Below are positions 12,781 through 24,120 of a DNA stretch of 64,000 bases, in pieces. This DNA is from Hemiscyllium ocellatum. Taxonomy: Eukaryota. Each line of letters begins with the position of its first letter. Positions within the stretch are counted from its first letter, which is position 1. The stretch spans positions 11,897,052 through 11,961,051 of the forward strand of contig NC_083409.1 in NCBI RefSeq assembly GCF_020745735.1. The letters run 5' to 3'. Made by a program: the position numbers and the translations under genes. A model generated the notes under the pieces. It saw only the letters and a program-made list of their open reading frames with translations, did not search any database and was not told where the DNA came from.

Positions 12781-13689
12781 ATAAAAAAGCCCAAAGAGTT
12801 GAGATTTCATTCAGCTCCATGAGTCTGATGTGACACAAACTATAAACTCGCAACCCTCTGTCAGGGAAGGTAGTGGAGGGTAGATACCTTACAACCCTTG
12901 AATATCATAACATTCATGGATTTGGGACAACGGCAGGAAATTGGGATAAAAGTGCCTTCAGTTGTAATTATGTTCGTGCAGACTCAATGGCCAAAATGCC
13001 TTTTCTATGCTGTATCTATGCTGAGAGGGCTGTGCAGGTTAATGGTGACTAGTATCGGCTGTCGAGGGTGGCAAATACATGATCAAGGGTCAGAGGAAAT
13101 GGTTCAAGCTTCAGTGAAGGCCCAAGTAGGAGCTTGGAAGGAGGGTCAAGGCTAATGGAGGCAAGGCCAATGGAGACTGAGCGAGGGCACAGAGCGCTGG
13201 CTGACAGAATGTGGGGACAAGAGGGGAGTGTGTAGGGAGCGAGTACAGTTTCAGATGAAATGCGACCTTTGCCAGCAGCAGCATGACCTTCAGCACCAGG
13301 GGGTGTCCCTGACTGTGTCAGGCTCACTGACTGCTCTCTGTGTGATTCCACACAGCCACTCGTCTGGTCACCACGCAAAGTCTTGCACATGTTTATACTA
13401 CTGGCTACAGCACAGTCTGCACCCAGCATCTGCATCTTCTGTCGATGCCACTGTCTATACACACCGTCTGCACCCTCCGTTTACACCCCGTGTCCAAACC
13501 CACTGTCTACACCGCTGTCTGCACCCTCCATCTACACCTCCCATCTTTCTGCTGTTGTCAGATTGTATACAATGATTCCATTGAGCTTACTGCAACAGAA
13601 GCCTGAATTTTAGAACTGGCAATGACTGTCCTCTCACCCTGACCTTCAAAGTCTGTCTTCCATAATGAGGTGATTAATATTAATTACTG

Positions 13690-14200
13690 AATGCCATTTG
13701 ATTTCTGTGATGGCAGGACTGATGTATAAAGAGAGGTTGAGTTGGTGAGGATTGTGTTCATTGGAGTTTAGAAGAATGAAGGAAGGGAATCTTGTACAAA
13801 GGTATAAAATTGGAACAGGACGAGACATGTTAGATGGAGGAAGGATGTTCCAAATGGTGGGGAAGTCCAGAACCAGGGCTCATAGTTTAAGGTTAAGGGG
13901 TAAACTCTATAGGATAGAGATGAGGAAAAATGTTTTCACCCAGAGAGTGGTGAGCCTGTGGAATTCTCTGTCACAGAAAGTTGTTGAGGCCAAAACATTA
14001 TGTTTTCAAGAAGGGGGTAGAGATAGCTCTTGTGGCTAAAGATTCAAGGGATATGGGGTAGGGAGGGATTACAGTGTAGTGCTCGATGATCAGCCATGAC
14101 CATAGATAGATTCTTGATGACTGAAGGGATGAAACATTATCAGAGAATGTAGAGTTGAGGTTAAAATCAGATCAGCCATAAGGGCCGAGTGGCCTACTTT
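13690..14200 (+). mobile_element. CR1 LINE 3' fragment
   Basis: ORF 13752-14039: SRTRAHSLRLRG...RKNVFTQRVVSLWNSL. Confidence 0.8.
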
Positions 14201-14456
14201 TGTTCCTTGCCCATATGTTGCCTCATACACTTTCACACAATCGAAGACTGTCATTTGTATATTCTACCTGCAGATTAAGCTGCATGTGCAATAGGCCTCA
14301 TCTGTACAGTGTTTTCTCCAGCCTTTCACCATGATATAGTTAAGATAATGGTCCCATAATCAATCCATTAACTTTGTAAGTTAGTTTAGTTAAAGCAATA
14401 AAACACATTACAATCATGAAGCAGACATTACAGCAAGCAAGATTTCACTGCACTGA

Positions 14457-14763
14457 GGCTCAGTTGTCAGCAATGCTGTCCCGCAGCGCCAGGGACCCAG
14501 GTTCGATTCCAGCCTCGGGCAACTGTCTGTTTGGAGTTTGCACATTCTCCCCGTGTCTGTGGGTTTCCTCTGGATGCTCCGGTTTCTTCCCACAGTCGAA
14601 AGATGTGCAGGTTCGCTGAATTGGCCAAACTAAATTGTCCATGGTGTTCAGGGGTGTGTGGGTTAGGTGCAGTAGTCAGGGAATATGTAGAGTAATGGGG
14701 TGGGGGAGTGGGATGCTCTTTGGAGGGTCAGTGTGGAGGCCTATTTCCACACTGTAGGGATTC
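14457..14763 (+). mobile_element. HE1-type SINE
   Basis: B box GGTTCGATTCC, central domain and HER1 tail. Confidence 0.9.
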
Positions 14764-15050
14764 AGTGAATTGATCTTGGTCTGTGCAGCTTGCAGGCTCA
14801 CAGATGACTAACTGGTGGGTAGAGTTCAACACCGTACATACACAGGGATGGATTTTCTTAAAGGTAATGTGTGCACACAGCACACAGCTACTGAACATCA
14901 AGGCAAGATAGTTACATTCTCTCTTGTTGGAGACAGTCATTGCCTGGCAGCTGTGTGGCACAAATGTAACCTTATTCATGTTCCAAACCCACATCTCTAT
15001 CAGTAAAATGCTTTGGAACATTCTCAGGTGACAAAAGGTGCTATACATTT

Positions 15051-15380
15051 GGGGTGGCACGATGGCTCAGCGGTTGGCACTGCTGCCTCACAGCGTCAGG
15101 GACCCGCCTCAGGCAGGTCTGTGTGGAGTTTGCACATTCTCCCTATGTCTGCGTGGGCTTCCCCCGGGTGCTCTGGTTTCCTCCCACGGTCCTAAAGATC
15201 TGCAGGCTGGTAAACTGGCCATGCTAAATTGCCTATAGTGTCCAGGATGAGCAGGCTAGGTGGATTAGCCATTGGAAAATACAGGGATAGCATCGGGGTC
15301 TGGATGGAATGTCCTTTGGAGGGGTGGTGTGGACTCGATAGGCTGAATGACCTACTTCCACACTATAGGGATTCTGTGAT
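15051..15380 (+). mobile_element. HE1-type SINE with B box deleted
   Basis: Head ggggtggcacgatggctcagcgg; gacccgcctcagg lacks GGTTCRATTCC; HER1 tail present. Confidence 0.88.
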
Positions 15381-15929
15381 ACAAATGTAAGTTCCTTCTT
15401 TCCATTCTAGCCCTGAAGCATGTGGTTCTGTCTCATATCCACTCAAGAGATGGCAACCCTTTGAAAACAGGAGCAGCCTCTATTCTTTTGGAAAGTACTT
15501 CTTCCACTCTGTGTCCTTCACAGCCTTGTAGACAGCAACAATGAGATCGGGAAATAACCCAAAGCTATAATCTTCTGGACTCTTCATTAAACTGTGGAAC
15601 CTGAAAAGTACAATTAATGTCCAAGTCAATGAAGATATTTCTCAGCAATCCCTAAATGCTGAGGTTTAGTACTCAGCAGGCCCCAGGAGTCAAAATAACT
15701 GAGTAGATCATTGCTCTGAATTGCTCATAAATGTCACCTTCACATTTCTGGAGGCTTTGATCAAAAAGGTTGCTTACTCCTCTCCAAAATACAGCTTAAA
15801 ATCAGCTCCAACTCCCAACCATCCAGCTGAGAGCGGAGCCCTGTACAAACTGGAACCTGGTCAGTGGGAGCACTGTCACCTCTGTCTCAGAAGCTTTGTC
15901 TATTTAAACCAGTGTCTTAGTCAGAGAGT

Positions 15930-16740
15930 CATTCAGCACGGAAACAGACCCTTCGGTTCAACTCATCCGTGCCAACCAGACATCCTCATCTAATTCCATT
16001 TGCCATGATTTAGCCCATATCCCTCTAAACCCTTCCTATTCATGGACCCATATAAATGATGTAATTGTACCAGCTTCCACCACTTCCACTGGCAGCTCAT
16101 TCCGTGCATGCACCATCCTCTGCATGAAAAGTTGCCCCTTAGTTCCCTTACAAATTCTTCCTCTATTACCTTAAACCTATGCCCTCTAGTTTTGGACTGA
16201 CATACCCTGGGAAAAAGACCTTGGATATTCACCTTATCGATGCCCCTCATGATTTTATAAACCTCCATAAGTTCACCCCTCAACCTCCAACGCTCCAGGG
16301 GAAGTAGCCCCAATCGATTCAGCCTCTCCCTGTAGCTCAAACCCTCCAATCCCGACAACATCCTTGCAAATCTTTTTTTTGCCCCCTTTCAAGTTTAAAA
16401 ACATTGATCCTAGAGCAGGAAGACCAGAACTGAGCCCTGTATTCTCAAGGTGTCCTCACCAATGGCCACTTTGGTGGACAGCCAGAACATGACATCCCAA
16501 CTCCTATACTCAATGCACAGACCAATAAAGGCAAGTGTACCAATCACCTTCGTCACTACCCTGTTTATCCATGGCTTCACTTTCAAGGAACTGTGAGTCT
16601 GCACTCCAAGGTCTCGTTGCTCAGCAACACTCTCCAGGAACCTGCCCTGATTTGCCTTCCCAAAAAGCAATGCCTTACACTTATCTAAATTAAACTCCAT
16701 CTCCCACTCCTTGTCCATTGGCCCATCTGAACACGCATTG
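15930..16740 (-). mobile_element. HER1/CR1 LINE 3' fragment
   Basis: ORFs 15990-16361 and 16410-16745 carry CR1 RT C-terminal motifs. Confidence 0.85.
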
Positions 16741-16744
16741 ATCA

Positions 16745-17445
16745 TACATTACAAACTGGAACATATGGAAGGCATTGGTGAGACACAACTGCAGTATTGT
16801 GTCCAATTGTGGTCTGCTTATTAGATTAGATTACTTACAGTATGGAAACAGGCCCCTCGACCCAACAAGTCCACACTGACCCTCCCAAGAGCAACCCACC
16901 CAAACCCAATTCCTTACACCTAACACCATTTGAGGAAGGATGTGGTGGCACTGGAGGCTGTTCAGAGGATGTTCCCCAGACTGATTCCAGGGATGAAAGG
17001 GCTGTCCTATGAGGAGCAGTTAAATAGATTGGGCTTGTACTCACTGGAGTTCAAAAGAATGAGGAAGGATCTGATTGAGGGATAGAAAATGTGAAAGGGG
17101 ATTGAGAAGGTGGATATTGAATAGATGCTCCCCCTTGCGGGACAGTCTGGAACAAGAGGTCATCGATATAGAGTGAGAGGAAGTAGGTTCAAAACTGAGA
17201 TGAGGAGAAACTACTTCTCCCAGAGGGTTGTGAATCTGTGAAACTCAATGCCCCAGAGTGCAGTGGAGGCAGAATCAATCAACAGGTTCAAGAAAGATGT
17301 GTTTCTGATTAAACGTGAGATAAAGAACAAAGGCAACAGGCAGGAGAGTGGAGTTGAGACCAGGATAAGATCAGCCACAGTCATGTTAAATGGCGGAGCG
17401 GGCTCAAAGGGCTGAATTGCCTCCTCCCGCTCCTAATTCCTATGT
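16745..17445 (+). mobile_element. CR1 3' fragment interrupted by an inverted HE1/HER1 tail (16822-16925)
   Basis: LINE C-terminal homology continues on both sides of the (gatta)n tail insert. Confidence 0.7.
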
Positions 17446-19025
17446 TGAGCACACAGTCAAGGATGACACTGCAAAACTGAGGGAGCTGTTGTCTTTCAGG
17501 TGAGATACAAAACAGAGGTCCTGCCACAATCTATCGAACTGTACTATCTCCCCCAGTGACAAATGCTGGAATTTGAATTCAAATCACAAAGCAAGCCTCA
17601 TTAATAGTGACCACGATAATGATCCCTGATTGCTGTCCAGCCTCAGCCTTACCCAGTCTGGACTTCATGTGACTCCAGCCCCACAGCAATCTGGTTAACT
17701 CTTAGGTGCCTTCTGAGAGGCCACAGCAAGGCCAGCAGTTCAAGGGCAATTAGTCTTGGGTAACAAATGCTGATCGATGCCAGTGACACCCACCTCCCAG
17801 AAAACAGAATGCAACAGAGATTGGTGTCAGCCAAAATTGTCAGATCAGACTCCCAATGAGATGGGGAGATGGTTAAAGATGTATTCAGCTCAGTATGGAA
17901 CAGGTCCCCACTTGTTAGCACATCGTCACTGATAAAATAAGTGAGAGAAAACAGAAAACTAAAGGTGAGAACACTCAAATGTGGGAATATCAGTGAGAAT
18001 TCAGGCAACTGAAGGAAGATATGAAGAACTGCAAAGGAAGACAAAAAGGAAGCAAGAGTTACAGAAAGTGATGGAGAAAGAGACCTGCAAGGGGTCACAA
18101 GAATAACACAAATGTTTTACAAGAAAATTAGAAAATCAAGGAGGCTCCAGTGCAATGTGAGCCCTTTAAAAACAAACTGGGAATTCCATGAATGAGACTA
18201 AGGGAATGGCCGATGTGTACAATAATTAGTTGTGTCAGTCTTCACAGTCAAGGAACAGGATAATGCAGCTTCCATTCCAGGGAGGTTAGTAATGAATGGA
18301 AGATTGGAATTCACAAAACTTGATACTTGCCAGAAAACAGCATTGGAGAGTGAGCAGCTCTAAAGGCTGACAGATCTCCAGGACCTCAGGGGTTTAAAGG
18401 AAGAGGGGGAAGAAGTTTCAGAGGCTTTTCCCATCAGATTCCAAAGCAGCAACGATTCCTTTAGTTTGGAAAATGTCTTGCTGTAACTCCACGGGTTGAA
18501 GAAAGATGAGCGAGGGAACCGAGGAAATTATATCCTGGTCAATCTAACATCTCTTTTAGGGGCTTCATTGGAATCTATAATTAACAGCCGAGAGAATGAA
18601 CATGTAGAGAATTGGAAATAGCCCACATAGATTTGTGATGGGTAGGTTCTAACTAACAAACCAAATGCATTAAATAAAATAGTTGATAGGATGTATAGGC
18701 TTATCAACTTTCAGAAGTACTCGATCATTTACCACAAAACAGTCTGCTGACCAATATTAAAACCCATAGGATTGAAGATGAATGTTTGACTTGGTTCAGA
18801 GGCTGGTTTAGTGACAGACAACAGAGAAAGAAAGTGACGAGTGGTGTTCCACAAGGATTCTGTGGTGAGGCCTTAACTACTTACTGTATGTATTAATGAG
18901 GATCATAGTTCCACATTGACACAAAGACTGATGGAATAGTAAGCAGTGCAGATGATGTTTTTGTTTAAAACTCACTTGGAGGACATGGGTGTTGCTGTTT
19001 GGGCCAGATTCCTAGTTGCCCTTGA

Positions 19026-19360
19026 GAATCATAGAATCATAGAATCATTATATGGTGTGGAAGCAGGCCATTCAGCCCATCAAGTTCACACCAACCCACC
19101 AAACAGCAACCCGTCTAGATCAGCCCCATCCTTGTAATGCTGCATTTCCCATGGCTAATCCACCCTGCCTGCACATCCCTGGACACTGTGTGCAATTTAG
19201 CATGGCTAATCCACCAAACCTACACATCTATGGATTGTGTGGAGGAAACTCACTCAGACATGGGGAAAATGTGCAAACTCCAGACAGACAGTCATCCCAG
19301 GGTGGAATTGAACCCAGGTCCCTGGCGCTGTAAGGGAGCAGCACTAACCACTGACCCACA
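19026..19360 (-). mobile_element. HE1-type SINE
   Basis: (ATTCTATG)n tail, central domain and tRNA-like head. Confidence 0.88.
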
Positions 19361-19876
19361 ATGCTGCCCTTTGCAAGGTGGTCGTGAGCTGCCTTCTTGA
19401 ACTGCTGCAGTCCATGTGCTGTAGATAAACCCACAATGCCCTAAGGGAGGGTAGTCCAGGATTTTGACCCAGCGACACTGAAGGAACAGTAGTATATTTT
19501 CATATCAGGATGCTATGTAGATTTGAGTGAAACTTGAAGGTGGTGGTAATCTGTGTATCTGCTGCCCTTGTCCTTCTAATGGAAATGGCCTTGGGTTTGG
19601 AAGGTGCTCATTCTGCCTTTGATTCAATGCTAAAAGTTGAAAAAGCAGGAAAATATTGCCACCAAGTATTGTTCACATACTCTTTCTATTCATCAAAGTG
19701 CTGGATGAGGTTTCTTATGAATTTCAGGCCGTCACTGATAGTGTCCTTATATTCTTTATTCTTGCCTTGTCTCTTGTTCATGTCATTTAGGAGAACGGAG
19801 TCAACCGAGAAGGAAATGAACAGCAGAGTTTGTTTTCTCTGTTGATTGAATTCACCTTGCTTGCTCCTCTGAACAC

Positions 19877-19950
19877 CTGAAGAAGGGGCGAGGCTTGTGT
19901 CTTATAATAAACCTGTTGGACTATAACCTGGTGTCGTATGATTTTTGACC
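19877..19950 (+). mobile_element. Penelope-like terminal fragment, hammerhead core partly deleted
   Basis: CTGAAGAAGGGGCG...aataaacctgttggactataacctggtgtcgtatgattttt; same terminus as 11191 and 22394. Confidence 0.65.
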
Positions 19951-20759
19951 TAGGGGATTCCTGGATACAAGGTGTTCAGTAAAGATAGGAAAGAGAGAAA
20001 ATTGTGGGAAGTGGTGGGATGTGCTGGAGCATGAGAGTGCTGACCAACCTTAGGCCCTGAGATATGATGGAGATGAAGGGTGAACTCTACTGGGCTTTAA
20101 CTCACTGTTACCAGAGTAAAACAGGGATTGCCCATTTCACAAGAGAGTAAATGGAGCTAACAAACCAGGTGCATGTGAAACACCCACCCTGTCCCTGAGA
20201 GAGTGGGGGACAAGAACAGGGACATTCTCAGACAGAAAGGATGCTAAAAATGGTATCACCCCGAGAGTGAAGGGTGGGGATAGTGACAGCGGCACTCCCC
20301 CAGAGAGTGGGGAAAGTAACACTGACACATTTAAAACTGTATTATCACAAGTGAGAATTCAAACAGCCACCCAATCCATCATACGGTGTTGAAGATGCAC
20401 TGTCCTCATCAAAACATGTTTGCAAACCTCTTCACAACACATAAGGGGAGAGAAACATTGAAAACTGTATTATCACGAGTAAGGGTCCATTTAAAACTTG
20501 GATCATGATGTTAAATGTTCTCAGCCGCAAACAACACTGGTGTTTTGACGTCATTATCTTATTAAACAATATTAAAACCTCGGCCAAACATTTTCCTGCA
20601 GACAGTGTATTTAAAATATCAAGAGGCTTTCCCCATTGTTGGTTTGATCAGTGACGTAGCAAGGAAGCAGCAGCTGCCCCATGAACTCCAACAAAAGAAT
20701 GAGAACAGGCTCTTCATACGGAGCTGGCTCCCGAGAATCCAATTCAACAGCAGGGACCA

Positions 20760-21860
20760 AAGAACAAGGAACAATACAGCACAGGAACAGGCCCTTCAGC
20801 CCTACAAGCCTGTGCTGACACATTTTGCACTTCCATACTGAAACTATCTTCACCTACAGGATTCGTATCCCTCTATTCCCTTCCTATTCATGCATTAGTG
20901 CAGGTATTTTTTGAATACTTCTATTGTGTCTGCTTCCACCCTGTCCTCTGGCAGTGTGTTCCAGTTACTCAACTCCCTTTGTGTGAAATACTAGCCTTGC
21001 ACAATTCTTTAAATTCCCCCCTCCCCCCGCACCTTGAACCTCTGTCCCCGAGTAAGTGATCCCTCCATCCTGGGAAAAAGCCTCATATTTTCCACTCTAC
21101 CTATGCCATTCAAAACTTAATAAACTTCTATCAGGTCACACCTCATTTTCCCTCATTCTGGTGAAAACAAACCCAGTCTCTCCAACCTTTCTTCAGAACT
21201 AAAATCCCCCATACCAGACAATATCCTGGTAAACATTTTCTGCACCATCTTCAAAACATCCACATCCTTCTGATGGTGTGGCGACCAGAACTGTATACAA
21301 TATTCCAAGTGTGGCCTAACTAATGTTCAATAAGCTGCAGCATGACTTGTCTATCCTTATACTCAATGCCCCTTCCAATGAAGGCAAGCAGGCCATAAGC
21401 CTTTTTTACTGCCTTACCTCCCTGTGCTGCCACCTTCAGTGATCTGTGAACATACACACCCAGATCCCTCTGCATATCAATACTCCAAAGGATTCTGCCA
21501 TTCACTGTATAATTCCCACCTGTACATCACCTTTCAAAATGCATCACCTTACATTTGTCTGGATTAAACTACATCTGCCATTTTTCTGTCCATGCATCCA
21601 ACTGATCTATATCCTGCTGTATCCTCTGACAATCCTTCTCATTATCTGTAACTCTACCAATTTTTGTATCAACTGTAAACATTTAATTAGACCAGCTACA
21701 CTTTCCTCTAAATCATTTATGTAGACCACATACAGCAGAGTTCCCCCCACTGATCCCTGTGGGACACTAGGAATCACAGCCCTCCATTCTGAAAACCATC
21801 CTCCCATCACTGCCCTCTGTCTCCTCTGACTCAGCCAGTTCTGTATCCAATGCTGGGAAC
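20760..21860 (-). mobile_element. CR1 LINE 3' fragment
   Basis: ORFs 21320-21505 and 21607-21876 (SVPQGSVGGTLLYVVYINDL) plus a 3' tail at about 20760. Confidence 0.85.
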
Positions 21861-22393
21861 ATTTTAGACAAGACACCTTGTTGCCAGATCGTTACTGCAA
21901 CTTGATCCAGTTCATTCAGAAAGAGAAAAAGGACAATGTGCAGATTGGAGAACTGGCCCCTACACCTGGGCCTGAGGCAGGGGCCCAAGCTCCAACACAC
22001 TGGCCTCACTTCACACCAACCTTCACACAGAGTGAGGTCATGAACTCCAGCCATCAATTCCTCTGGGACCGGGACGGAGTGAGGGAACAGGGACAATGTC
22101 GAAAAATCAATAAGGAGTAAAGCAAGATGGAGAGAGTGTGCTGGAAAGTGTTTGATGGAGGAACCATTCTTTGTGATACTGACATAGTCCATGCATATCA
22201 CAGAATGAACAAAACAGCACACCGTGAAGACAATCAAAAGTCTTATCAAAGCACTTCTGTTTTGAAAAAACCACAGCATGCAGGACTTTTTTTTATTGTG
22301 GTGTGATCAATATCATGGTCCAAAGATCCTCGCAGAGCCCCAGTTTATTTGTACTGTTCAGTAATGTGGGGATACCGATGGGGGGCTGGGGTT

Positions 22394-22481
22394 ATCCTGA
22401 TGAAGGAGCAGCGCTTCGAAAACTTGTGATTTCAAATGAACCTGTTGGGCTAGAACCTGGTGTTGTGTGACTTCTGACTTT
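22394..22481 (+). mobile_element. Penelope-like terminal fragment with hammerhead core
   Basis: CTGATGA-A-GGAGC-AGC-GCTTC-GAAA-ACTT at 22397-22425, followed by the PLE terminal motif. Confidence 0.7.
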
Positions 22482-23519
22482 TTATTGTTCGGGCAGAGTG
22501 AAACAGCTGCCTTCGCATAACTATAGAGTACTTGCACTGCAACTGAGGATTATGGGTAATTACTCCATCCATTGGCCATGAACAAACCCACAGTCACTCC
22601 ATTGGATTTCAGTGGGAATGACCTGTCAGTTGCTTCCTAGGTATTATTTGATTCACCACCACTCTCTCCAGGGCAATTATGGAAGGACCGACACATCAAT
22701 GCGCCCCCTCCCATCTCAGGAGAAATCAAAATAAATGGCGTATAATTCAAATGATCAAACTGGTGAGGCTTGAATTCATCTCTTTGAAAGATTGGAGTCT
22801 CGGCCAGAAATAGAGCCATGACATGGGTGAACCTGGTTTGTCAGACAGGAAGGTGGAGTGTCCTTCAGATTGACACTGGGATCAGCAAAAAATGAATTAC
22901 ACTCAAAGATCTAACAAATGGCTATCAAAGCGTGTCCCAAACTGCAGAGAACAGCACTTTAGGCTTCGCGTCCCCATCTCCATCCTTGCTTGTTGCCCTT
23001 CCCTAACTGTCCTGGAGAGGGCGGTGGTGAGCCATGAGTTTCTCGAAGAGGATCTGACAGAGGGACAAGGTCATGTCCTCGGCCTGAGCACAACTGCCTG
23101 ACCTGCTGTGCTTTTCCAGCGCCACACTTTTTGACTCTGAGTGCAACAATTCCTCAGGAGAATGAGCTGTGACACAAGAGGAAACGTGGGAGTGTTGGAA
23201 AGGCACCGGCAGCCTGGTCAGCCTGCAGAGGGGCAGAAACAGATTTGATGAATGAGCTGATATCCTCCCGAGCTGAGATGCAGACTCAGGCTTTCAGAGC
23301 CACACAGTTTACATTGTTACTGACCGTGGCTCCATGGGCAATGCTCCTGCCTCATTGTCAAAATGGTCATCGGATTGAAAGCCACCTCAGAAATGAGAGC
23401 ACAGAATCCAGGCTGAGACTGCGGTGCACTGCTGAAAGTTGCACAGTCTCTGGCACCATCATTTACGCCTCCACCACCACCACACCCCGACCACCCACAC
23501 TCCACATCAGGAGGCTCAA

Positions 23520-24120
23520 CAAGATCCCATTCTGTACAGGAGATGGGAGGTCATGTAGCAGTTGTACAGGCCATTGGTTAGGCCACTGTTGGAATATTGT
23601 GTGCAATTCTCGTCTCTTCCTATCGGAAAGATGTTGTGAAACTTGAAAGGGTTCAGGAAAGATTTACAAAGATGTTGCCAAGGTTGGAGGATTTGAGCTA
23701 CAGGGAGAGGCTGGGCAGGCTGGGGCTGTTTTCCCTGGAGCATTGGAGGCTGAGGGGTGACCTTATAGAGGTTTACAAAATTATGAGGGGTATGGATAGG
23801 ATAAATAGGCAAAGTCTTTTCCCTGGGGTCGTGGAATCCAGAACGAGTGGGCATATGTTTAGGGTGAGAGGGGAAAGATATAAAAGAGACCTAAGGGACA
23901 AATCTTTCACACAGAGGGTGGTATGTGTATGGAATGAGCTGCCAGAGGAAGTAGTGGAGGCTGGTACAATTGCAACATTTAAGAGGCATTTGGATGGGTA
24001 TATGAATAGGAAGGGTTTGGAGGGATATGGGCCGGGTGCTGGCAGGTGGGATCTTTGGGTTTTGGGATATCTGGTTGGACTGAATGGTCTGTTTCCGTGC
24101 TGTACATCTCTATGACTCTA
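23520..24120 (+). mobile_element. HER1/CR1 LINE 3' end, relatively young
   Basis: ORF 23597-24115 is open for 172 aa of the ORF2 C-terminus; tail ctgtacatctctatgactctatga. Confidence 0.9.

Noticed and set aside
15051-15120. tRNA-like A/B-box heads of HE1 copies as tRNA genes
   Set aside because: They continue into SINE bodies and tails and lack a complete cloverleaf.
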